NCBI RefSeq assembly: GCF_026571515.1
Contig: NW_026865125.1
Coordinates: forward strand, 1 to 64,000
Origin: Ruditapes philippinarum
Taxonomy: Eukaryota
Length of the DNA stretch: 64,000 nt
Direction of reading: 5' to 3'
A model generated the notes under the pieces. It was not told the DNA's origin and did not search any database. It saw nothing but the letters and a program-made list of their open reading frames with translations. How positions within the stretch are numbered: position 1 is the stretch's first letter; every line of letters begins with the position of its first letter. Positions 51,843 to 63,039 of the stretch are shown here, piece by piece. A program made the position numbers and the translations under genes.

Positions 51843-53403
51843 AAACAAGATATGTTTGTAAAACATGTATGCCCCCGATCGGCAGCCAATTTGTCATATG
51901 ATCAGGTTATAATGCCCAGTGAACAAGCAATTAATAAGTGTTATCTCGTATCTACTGGTAATGACTAGTCACAAGGTTATAATTATTGTGACCCCATAGG
52001 TTGTGTGCAGCAATTAAAGTTATTAAAAATCTTACCAAATAATATATGCATAAATTTTATGAATCACATAGGCCTCATTAATGACAGCCAAGTTGTTATA
52101 TAACATAAGACCTTCAAATGTGTATACCAACAGCACATAAAAATATCAACCAAGGCAACTTGAGTTGTTGAGTTTTTGGTCAGAAACGGTCATTAAGTAC
52201 AAGGTCACTATGACATTGACCCCTTGACCCCAAAATCAATAGGGGTCATCTACTGGTCATGACCAATCATCATACCAAGTGTGAAGTTCCTAGGCCTAAG
52301 CGTTCTTTAGTTATTGATCGGAAACAGTTTTTACCTACAAGGTCAATGTGACCTTGACCTTTGACCCCTTGACCCCAAAATCAATAGGGGTCATCTGCTG
52401 GTCATAACCAATCATCATACCAAGTTTGAAATTCCTAGGCCTAAGCGTTCTTTAGTTATTGATCAGAAACCGTTTTTACCTACAAGGTCAAAGTGACCTT
52501 GACCTTCCCCCTTGACCCCAATATCAATAGAGGTTATCTGCTCGTCATGACCAATCATCTTACCAAGTTTGAAGTCTCTAGGCGTATGGATTCTTTAGTT
52601 ATTGATAGGAAACCGTTTTTACCTACAAAATCAATGTGACCTTGACCTTTGACTTCTTGACCCCTTAATCAAAAAGGGTCATCTGCTGGTCATGACCAAT
52701 CATCATACCAAGTTTGAAGTTCCTAGGCCTAAGCGTTTTTTAGTTATTGATCGGAAACCGTTTTTACCTACAAGGTCAATGTGACCTTGACCTTTGACCC
52801 CTTGACCCCAAGATCAATTGGGGTCATCTGCTTGTCAGGACTAATCATGATAACCAAGTTTGAAGTACCTAGGCCTAAGCGTTCTTTATTTATTGATCGG
52901 AAACTGTTTTCACCTACAAGGTCAATGTGACCTTGACCTTTGACCCCAAAATCAATAGGGGTCATTTGCTGGTCATGACCAATCACCATACCGAGTTTGA
53001 AGTACCTACGCCTAAGCGTTCTTTAGTTATTGATCGGAAACTGTTTTAACATACAAGGTCAATGTGACCTTGACCTTTGACCCCTTGACTCCAAAATCAA
53101 TAGGGGTCATCTGCTATTCATGACTAATCATGATACCAAGTTTGAAGTACCTAGGCCTAAGCGTTCTTTATTTATTGATCGGAAACTGTTTTCACCTACA
53201 AGGTCAATGTGACCTTGACCTTTAAACCCTTGACCCCAAAATCAATAGGGGTCATCTACTGGTCATGACCAATCACCATACCAAGTTTGAAGTTCCTAGG
53301 CCTAAGGGTTCTTTAGTTATCACTCGGAAACCATTTGGTCTACGGACCGACGGACCGACAAGTGCAAAGCAATATACCCCCTCTTCTTCAAAGTGGGGGC
53401 ATA
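51843..53403 (-). mobile_element. HINE with eight ~145-bp tandem repeats
   Basis: aacaagatatgtttgtaaaacatgtatgcccc end; units start at 52200, 52338, 52483, 52626, 52771, 52917, 53054, 53199; ggaccgacggaccgac microsatellite; ataccccc..gggggcataa end. Confidence 0.88.
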
Positions 53404-53707
53404 ATTACCTTCCGTTAGTCAAACAGCTACAAAAAGAATTGTTTTGGATAACAAGAAGTCTTTGTACAAAAAATGATAAAAAAATTACGTTTTTACAATA
53501 ATCAAACGCTTTAAGTATAGAACCAATAGATGTTGTTGTTGAAAAATTCTCATCGGGACTTTTAAAATCTGCTTCTAAAAACAAACGTAGAAAAAATTAA
53601 TGCACACTAAAATAATAATAAATGGTTTGACTTCGCAAAAAAAGCAGTTAAATAGCGTCCAAAATAATTTCTTGCCAACAGAGATAATGATGATATCAGA
53701 CGGAACT

Positions 53708-53835
53708 CTGTCTTGTGCCCTGTCCTGTTTTTGTTTGGGGTCCGCCTGGGCTCCTTGCCACTGGTTCTTGTTGCTGGGTCGTATGGGGGTGCGTTCATTG
53801 AACGCCGCCTTTCCTTGTTGATCTTGTTTATCATA
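53708..53835 (+). mobile_element. Short 3'-end fragment of the Penelope-like family, inserted in the LINE
   Basis: ctgtcctg..ttgtttggggtcc..ttgaacgccgcctttccttgttgatctt matches the reverse complement of 61385-61500. Confidence 0.6.
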
Positions 53836-54797
53836 TTTTGTGCACGCGCAAACAAAATATCATAAAGTTACAAAATTCGCGAAAAGGAAATTCAAAATAA
53901 ACAAGGGCAAAATACTAGAAGATCTACTAAAAAAAAAATCCTAGAAATTTCTGGAAAACCCTGAACAAAAAATAAAAATTGTCACAGACAACCGAGAATC
54001 TCTTAATTTTAATGACCTACGTGATAATTTTAAAATACTTTTTGGGGAAACCAGCTCAAATGATATAAGCGGTGATGTTTTCGTCAGTCCCAAAATCCCG
54101 AAAATTGATATAAATTTTATAGAGACGGGGTAACGGACTCCCATTGCGATGCGTAAATAACAGTTCATACAGCATGTTCAATCTATAATTAGTTTTACTC
54201 GCGATTTTTCGTATTTTGTTGGTTTACTACTAGATAGAAGATCTATTTTATGTATTTATAACGTTTAACATACAAGCGCACGAGAATATCATTTTATGCG
54301 CGGGATGTATAAAGAGAAACCTTGTGTAGCTGATTCAATTCATATTTAAATGATCAATCCTTTTTCTTGTATCAAAAGTAAATATAATCAATTATGTACT
54401 CTTCTGTAAACTATGATCTTTTTGTATGCTAAAAACATTGTAAAATGTTAAATGCTGAATAAACTATTATTGTATATATACTTTTCTCATTCAAGTGGAA
54501 AAATGTTTGTTTGTTTGTTTTATTTGTTAGTTGTTTTTAGTTTATGATGTTATCCTTTTGGGTTTGGAATAAATGAATGTGGATTTTATTGAAACAGCTA
54601 CGTTTATAAATGTTCATGTCAATGATTGTTTTAATATGCTTTTGAAAAATGAAATAAATGAAAATAAAGGTTTTTTCCCGCTGACATTAAAAGTTGATCC
54701 ACATGATGTACACATATTTCACAATAATTGCTAATCGTCAATACATAGCGCACTGAATATTCTTGAGGACAGGATTTTTAAACAATAAATTGTGCCT

Positions 54798-57700
54798 CTA
54801 AAATGGCCGCAACTGCTCCTCTAAATGGTTCAGTAGTAGACGTACTAGCTTCTCTTCATCTTCAGCCAACACATCACACACGGCATTTAACCGACTCTTG
54901 AAAACGCGAAGGCTACCTAAAAACGAATTTAATAAGTGCATGTTATTGTATTTTTCTTTTTCCAAATAATTGAAATATTTCAATTCTTTGGTCTTTAGTA
55001 CCTGAACCGACAAGCCTATCTGTTCAGAGACCTGTAGAATAATATTGTCGTCAAGGGAAAATGCAGTTTTGCAGTTCTTGTGCATGTAACGTGTACAGGA
55101 ATACAAAGAGTTTTTGTCAAAAAACAAATTTACTTTTTTCCAGAAAAAATGACCCTTTTTCACTTTTTGTTTCTGCTGCAAAATGCCTTTTAAATGATTT
55201 TCTAACACTCTGCGTAGGGCAAATCTTTTTTTACTCACAATTTTGTTCAGTCTACACAGTAGCTTTGGGAAATCAAAGTTGGAAGATTCTCTTGAGCTGA
55301 CTAAATAAACCCCAGTTCTTTTTCGGGAAAATTTAGATTTTTTAAGGTTGTTAACAATGTCCATTCTTATTTTTCGTAAGCAATCATCCTTGTTGTATTC
55401 CTTTGGATGATCACTTTTCTCATTGTTTAGATCTTGATCAATTTTTGTCCGAAGAAAGAATATGTTGCTATCATGTTTAAGGATCTCATTGGCAAGCCAT
55501 ACGTCATTTTCTGAAAATCTTGTGGCAGACACTATCATAAAGGCATCAAACTCCTTTAAATCAACGGCATCTAGATAATCCTCTTTCTTAAATTTTTGTG
55601 TCCCTACCCCAGGTAAATCCCAAAGACTGATATTGTTGTTTTTCGGAAGAATGTATTCTTGCTTATTCATTGTGGTTTCTGTAACACCAACTTTTGCAGC
55701 ACCCTCGTCATCAGGCTTGAGTCCTCTGATTGCATTAATAAAACTCGATTTGCCGGTTCCAGAATTTCCGATGATGGCAATTTTCAATTTTCGTGTCTTC
55801 CAGATTTGAATATTTTCGTTTATATACTTCATTAGACCTTGGAGAACTCCAAATTCATCTGTGTACTGTATTAGATTGGCTTTATCCATAAATGTCTGAA
55901 ACACCTGCATTTTAAAAGTTTGATATGTACTGAATATTTAATAAAACTTTGATACAAAACTAAAAAAATACAACAAGAGTTTAAACATTCAAGACCTTAG
56001 TCTCACATGTGAGTACTGTTAGTATGAAACTGCGGAATGAGAAACCCAACACCACTTAACTTGTAACAGCCTGACAAGGATTTTATGTTTTTATGTAATT
56101 ATATATCATATAACGTATAACATATACCAATCACTCCAGTGAAGTTTCGTCGAATTAACGTCGACAGTTTTAACCTGTGAATGTGATAAGTTATTTTTCT
56201 ATTTTAAGCCAGATTTTCAATTTCTAGCTTTGGTGGCAACTTTAAGCTGCGCAGAAAAATATTAAGAGGAAATATGGAATATATTTTCTCGAAACATGAT
56301 AAAATGCCACATATTTTAACGAGCCGGAACGGCGAGTGAAAATATGTGTTATTTTATCTTGTTGAGTGATCGTATATACTATACTTCCCGAAGAACGTAA
56401 AAATAACCTTTTTATTTAATTTCATTATCAAATAAATGGTTACGAATCGCATTGCTTGCTACGCAACTGCAATTGTACAGCACGCAGTAATATATTTATC
56501 ATTTATAGATGACGCCTACTGTTTTGCACGCAATGTTTAGCGCTACATTGTGACGTCACGTAAACAACTCTTTAAACGGCTGTACAGCGTTAATGACTGA
56601 ATAAAAAATATTGGTGTTCGGATTTGTTTCTTAGTTAGACCATTTTCTATCATTCTAAATAGTTTTAAAAATAAAATTTAACAACAATTTGTTTTTTACT
56701 TATCAAATTTTGTAAACAAATTGGCAAAAGAAGTCCCTAAAATAAATATGAGTTTTGACTCCGCCAACTTTCATATTTATATTACATATTTATTTTTTAC
56801 AAAAATGAAATATATTTGACTGATATAGCACCATATTTCATGGGTAAAATTTAATAAATTTCTTTATTATAATTAATCGTACACAGTACATTCTCACCAT
56901 TTTTAAATATGTTTTTTATTCTATCACATTTTAATATTGGAGATTTACATGTTCAAAATGGCTGATATCAAAGTAGACAAAAAAACATCGTCTGAGAAAT
57001 GATCTAAGAATTCAAATGATATAAGTTAATGATAATTAGATGTAAGCAATTCACAAACGCAACATATGATAAGAATAACTAAATATTTAAGGTTAAAAAA
57101 CCAAACATATACAGTACAATCTAATCTTTTTAAAACATATTGATTAATTTACCTTATTGGTCAAACATATGTGCAATATAGAAAAACATTAAGATAACAA
57201 GACATAGTAGAGTCGAAAGGTGAAAAAGGAGTTTTATTGTAAATCACGTTGAGTTTTCGATTTACAATGTTTTGCAAACTGCTTAAATTATGAGTTTTTG
57301 GTGGCTATTTTGTGCAGCGAAGTGGAGTGCGAACTATAGCTGGTACTGAAATCCCTGTAAAGTTTTGTCGAAATCCTGCGAGCAATTTGATCTGTTAAGA
57401 CCGGACAAGTTTTTTTCTATTTTTAGTTTGGCGGCCATTTTTTGTACATCATTTTGACTGTGAAGGCAAGACAAACACTGTCTGTTTAAAGCTCTAGTGG
57501 CCATTTTGTGAAGCAATGCAAAACTCTGTGACGGCTGAGAAAAGGACAGCAACAGAAATATCATATTCAGATGCTCGTCAATTGGTTCCTTTTTTTCTGG
57601 GGTTTCATATTGTGACAAAAAGGAATGTGTTTTTTGTTTGACTATGATACAAAAGAGAAAAACATCAAACATCGACAATCTGATTAATACTCGGGGGCTA

Positions 57701-60700
57701 TGCTCCCGCGTACAAATCAGATAGCCTCGTGTTTCGATGCTCTTTCTATTACATAATACACATAGACTATTGAATTAAAAACTTACTCTGTTCTCCTCTT
57801 CATCGTGGTAACTTTCGTTCCCCTCATCTTCAGTATCATCATCAGTTGCTGTTTGTTGATCATTAGTTTTTTCTAAAGCTATTCTTTTTCCGGTCTCTAA
57901 CCTAAGACAACATACACATATAATGCATGGCTTAATGAATCTAACTGCAGCACGTTAAAAGAAATCTATTTCAGTTGATAAGATTAAAAACTTAAACAAC
58001 ATTGCTATTTTGAAAGTTAATGAAACTTTATGTTTTAATACAACTTCAGAAAAATTATCTGGACATTGTTACAATGTTACTTTCCTATGTAAGAATTCAT
58101 AAATACTGACATACTGTCATTTTTACATACGAGCTATTATCTCAAAACCTTTTCTCATTTTAAAAGTGAACCACCAATCAACAAAGCACACAATATAACA
58201 AAACATGCTATCAAAGGAAAAAAAAAGTTTAACCTAGGGGAAAAATTTAATTTAGTTATTATCTATTTGATGTGGAAGAATTTTTTCAATTTAATTTGAA
58301 AAAAGGTCATGAAAGGCATGGTAATAGTAAATGACAGTTAAGCAATTCAACATACATAAGTTTACATACCATTTATTTCTCAGATGCGACCATTCCCATT
58401 AGATTAATTTTGACAACTCTGACAATTCCCCTTTTATTATTCTTACAGCGCAGACAATTTCCCTTACGGAATTTTAGGTAATAATCATAAAAGGAATAAG
58501 GAAAAAGTTGTAAGCTTTTTTGAAAACATGTATGCCCGTATCGTAAGCTAATTAGTCATGTCATGTCGTCAGGTCATTGTGATTGAATTTCGACCTAGTG
58601 ACCGAAAATTCAATAGGGGTTATCTACTACTCATGACTAGTCACTAAGTAGTTGTGACTATAAAGGTTTTGTGCAACAATTTTATGACAAAGTTATCACA
58701 AATCTTACAAAATAACATAAGCATAAATTTTATGAATCATGTAGGCTTCCTGAACTTCAGCCTATTTGTCATATTACATTAGACCTTGAAATGTGTATGC
58801 AAAAAGTATTTTAGTAATAATATCAACCAATGCAATTTAAGTTGTTGAGTTATTGATTGGAAACCGTCTTTACGTATAAGGTCAATGTGACTTTGACCCT
58901 TAAATCAATATGGGTTATCGTCTGACCAAGACTAATGCACCTGTGAAGTTTGAAGGTAAAAGACCCATTTTCTACCGATATAATCAATGTGATCTTGATT
59001 TCATTGAAGTCATCTTTTGACAAAACGCAATTCATCTGTGTTTGAAGGTCAAGGGTCCATGGGTTGTCCAGTTATTGATAGGAATACGTTTTGATATACA
59101 AGGTCAATGTGACCTTGACCTCTGTCGCGTTGACCCTAAAATTAAAAGTGGTCAACTTCTTGCCAAGACCAATAAGCATACGAAAAATGAGGGTCAAAGG
59201 CCTATGGCTTGTCAAGTTATTGATCGGAAACCCTTTTCACCTACAAGGTCTATATGAAATTTACATTTGACCAATGATTGGAATCTGTTTTACCTACAAG
59301 TTCAATTAGACCTTGACATCTGATCACTTGATCCCTTAAATCAATAGGGGTTTTCTACAGGCTAATTTAATGCAACAACCCATAGGTTGTAAAGTTACTG
59401 ATCTGAAACCGTTTTTACCTATAAGTTCAATGTGACGTTGACCCCCTTGACCCTAAAATCAATAGGGGCCATCTATTTATGATGAAAAATCACAATACCA
59501 ACATCAATGTGACCTTATCCTTTGACGCCTTGACCCCACAAGCAATAAGGGTCATTTACTGGTTATGAACAATCATCATATTAATTTTGAAGTTCCTAGG
59601 CGTAAGCGTTCTAAAGTTATAAATCGGAAACTATTTGGTCGAACGTAGGTGTTGTAAACAACTTCAAAACATTATCACCAATTAAACTTAGGTGTTGTTA
59701 ACAACTTCAAAACATTATCACCAATTTTGCTTTAGTCTAAATATTTGTGTGCCCCCACTTTGTGGGTGCATTTAGATTAACCTTGTCCGTCGGTCAATCT
59801 GGGTGCACCTGGGTATTTTATTTTCGTGTTGATTTATTTAGTATATTAGAGTTATTGACCTTAACTTTGTAAAAATTAGCAATTTTCAACTTGTGTCGCA
59901 CATAGCTCTAAACGTGTTTGACATAGAGTCAACAAACCTTACAGGAATGTTGATCAGCATGTGAAGTTGTGCACCTTGAGTTTCGCCTGTGGAGTTATGC
60001 AGTATTTGTAAAGTTATTGCTCTAAAATTAGTAAAACCCGTTTCATTATGTTGTATTATTTGTTCCATAAGAGCTTGAGTTAGACTTTACAGGAATAATG
60101 ATCAACATCACTGTTAAGCTATGCACCTTGGATATGCATGTGGATTTTTTTTCGGTTTTGATAGAAATATTGCCCTTGACTAAGTATAAATTTGCAATTT
60201 CCAACTTGTTTATGCATAGCTCAAAAAATATTTGATCTGTAGGCCTGAAAGTTTAAAGGAATGATGGTCAGCATGTGTTTGTATGCAACTTGGGGTTTGC
60301 TTGTGGATTTATTTAGTATTTGTAAAGTTCTTGCCCTTTTCTTGGCAAAAATTTTAGTTTTGAACTTATGGCACATGTAGCCTAAAAATATTTGACTTAG
60401 AGTCATAAGATTGACAAAACGTGGAGTGTGGGGGCACCTCTCTAGTTGCTTCCAGAGCCACTTTACATAAGTATGAAATTAAATGATTTCTATAATTTCA
60501 AAATTTAAATGTATCCGGTTTAATGAAAATATTTCATAGTACTTTTTTAATTATTGCAAGATCCATTTGTTACTGTCGGACAGTACTGACAAACAGACAG
60601 ATCGATTAAGGATAACTCTATAATTGCCTAAAATAAAGAACAAAAAATATGATGAATCCCCATAGTTAAGGAAGAAATACTGGTACGGTATAAATGTACT

Positions 60701-60834
60701 GATTGATCCCGCAAAACATATTTAAGTGGTTTAAATATCATTTCACAATCATATCACAATCATGTTGTATACCTCTCTTCTTGAATTCTTTTCCGAGAAG
60801 GAACATCAGACACTTTGTCATCAGAGGTAGACAT
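54798..60834 (-). CDS. Immunity-related (p47/IIGP-like) GTPase, GKS type, ~427 aa; exons 60834-60773, 57901-57787, 55904-54798
   Basis: G1 GNSGTGKSSFINAIRG, G2 VGVTETT, G3 LWDLPG, RFSEND, G4 FLRTKID, G5-region YLVSS, FDFPKL. Two upstream exons with canonical splice sites join in frame (phase 2, then phase 0). The GTPase exon is certain; the upstream exons are less so. Confidence 0.88.
56260..56870. repeat. Interspersed repeat in IRG intron (same family as 33973-34750 and 43640-44010)
   Basis: Shared blocks noted above, plus cacattgtgacgtca.gtaaacaac.ctttaaacg.ctgtacagcg shared with 43833-43880. Confidence 0.7.
58520..59640 (-). mobile_element. Older degenerate copy of the 51843-53403 HINE family
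   Basis: aaaacatgtatgccc, catgactagtcac, aaattttatgaatca and aaggtcaatgtgacc units are collinear with 51860-53340. Confidence 0.8.
59745..60465 (+). mobile_element. HINE with ~155-bp repeats
   Basis: gtgcccccac..gtgggtgca IR, gtccgtcggtc, repeated aggaatgttgatcagcatgtg, 3' gtgggggcac sub-TIR plus palindrome. Confidence 0.75.
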
Positions 60835-61334
60835 TATGTTTGCTGCCACGCCTTCTGAACTACTATAATGTAAAATAAAGACTATTGATAAAAGACATGT
60901 GCTTAAATACTTATCATTGCACCACTCAGAACGCTCTTTCTGAAATTTATCGCAATATGTTGTCTACCAATCCACAGTTTCTGCAAGAATTGAACAGAAA
61001 GAAACTTCTATTCTATCATTCATTGAAAGACAGTTATGACAAAACACACGTTTTCCCTATGTATTTGGGTTCTTACATTTAATATCAATATCTTTAAAAT
61101 TGACAACAGAGATAATGTAACGACACTTCTTACATGTCCATTGTAAATATTGTTGTTATCACTTAACACAAAACACAAATTCTAGCCACTAGAAAACCTA
61201 CAATTAACAAAGTAAACAATGTAACACAAATTGAAAACAAAGGAGAAAAATGTTTGCCATAGGAGCATGAATGTATTTATTATTAAGTTGCTGTGAAAGC
61301 AATGGCACTATTGACAGATCTTGAAGGGCGTGGT

Positions 61335-62735
61335 TATAGTAAATGACACTTAATGAATTCAAAATACTCAAAATATAAAAATAGAAATAAGATCAACAAG
61401 TAAGGGTGGCGTTCAACGCAACCTCTACACGATGTAGCAATGGGACTACAAATAATGAATCTGTCAGGACCCCAAACAATACAAGACAGGACAGTACACA
61501 AGGCAATGCACGGACGGGAAAACAACTAATGTTATACATGTAAGGAAACAACAGAGGCCGACAAAGCAAAGGGGTCCAGGGAAAGTAGAATCGATGGTAG
61601 GAAAGGGGGTGGCAAAATTAAAAAAAAGGGGGCAAAAACTTATTGTAGAGGAAAAAGCATCAAGAAGGGGCACAAAAGTGTCGCCATAAAAGTATAAAAC
61701 GACAAAAAATATTTACATTTTAGGTACACAAAGGGGCACCGCGATGGAAAGGTCAACAACCTTAGCACTGCTGGGTGGTCTAAACCGGTTATTGGTGCAC
61801 CAAACCTCACTCTAAGCCCCACTATGTTCCTTTCAAACGAGACAAAGTAAATAAAATGAATCCCCGACAAGTGAACAGTTTGTATGGTTACACATGGTTA
61901 AACAAATGAAAAACAGAAATGATCATGTACACATATAAAATAAACTCAATGATCAAAACAAAAGTAGGCAATATCTTAAGGAAGACAACGCAACAAGAAA
62001 ATCTCCTTTATGGGCCCAACGAAGCAATGTAGAAGACGAATATGAAGACAATTCAGACCCAATGGGATTTAAAAACTGTCCATTGTAGTCTCAGACATGG
62101 TCCGTCAGATGTAAACAAAAGAGGAAAGTTTACTGACTAGTAGCGTCCAGTTGTCAAAGGTTTAAACACTTAGCATGTGGTGTGTCTTAAAATAGTAGGA
62201 GCGTAACCTCTTTTCATCTTTCAACCGAAACACTTTTCAATTTTGAAATAAAATCAAAATAACGATGCAAAATTTGGTGAATATTTCCTTATTTTATGAT
62301 AGTGGTAGAAACTACTCCGTTCGTTAAATTTAAATCCATTACGTTGCTTTAAGCTCTATCGAATTTACTAAACTGAGATACATTTACCCCGTAAGATGTT
62401 GCGTGGTGAACGTCTCCATCTTAATTTTCTATTCTAAAATCAAAGTCTCCTCCTATCATTTGAATAGTATTTTGATGACAGTATTGATTAACTCCTCTCA
62501 ATAACTTGATGATATTTTTGATTTGGATGATGTCTTATATTTTTCCCAATGAATTACAACTACATAAAACGAATTCTTTAATTTTTGCACATCATTTTCG
62601 TATTACTGCTTCTAAAACACCTTGTCGTGTATCTTCAGAGAGACTCAACATAAAGTCTCTTTCATAGCAATATAAAATCAAATTGGCGATAAGGGGTGCT
62701 TACTTAGTACCCTTAGAAATAACAATGATCTGTAA
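61335..62735 (-). mobile_element. Decayed Penelope-like retroelement (Naiad-type): RT C-terminal half plus 3' UTR
   Basis: Minus-strand translation QIIVISKGTK*APLIANLILYCYERDFMLSLS (cf. QxxGIPMGTNCAPLIADLFLYCYE), GDFDFRI..DGDVHHATSYGVNVSQFSKFDRA*S (cf. DGDVPRATSYGVYISQLIRFARACS), YHKIRK, KRGY..ILR..C; 3' region with a SECIS-like stem. Confidence 0.78.
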
Positions 62736-63039
62736 TATCAATAATGTATAACCGAACCGGACATAACTATTGTCTAAAAGAAAGAAGAGTGCTCTACAAA
62801 CTTTGTCACAGGTCCACAAAGTATAATGTTTAACAATACAGTTTGTAAAGAAAGTCTTTGAGAATTAAATTTAAGAAAAGTAACTTTTTCCGGTGAATAA
62901 ATGGAAGAAAAATCGTTTGTACTAACAGTTGAAGCTTGATAGATATTTATAAATTTATCATTAATTTCAACTGACCAAAAGAGATGTTTGTTTGTGGTTT
63001 ATGACTTTATAACAATATGGCATTGCAGGTGTTCTTTAT

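Larger units (their letters stand above)
47870..54125 (+). mobile_element. Decayed CR1-Zenon-like LINE (ORF1, APE endonuclease, linker) split by three nested insertions
   Basis: ORF1 SLEMQSLKNSLLFYGFPAETDENC (~48135-48207); APE YIPP.. before 48680 continuing as FDFFENLEIDI..GEFHSRT..NGRV..YTY..SIVDY..FSDH after 51388; linker KWFD (53620) and NPRNFWK (53938). Confidence 0.75.

Noticed and set aside
55905-55910. ATG at 55910 as the IRG start (likewise ORF-track starts at 4600, 5451, 9009, 10218)
   Set aside because: These starts overlap splice acceptors, introns or UTRs; spliced models explain the frames better.
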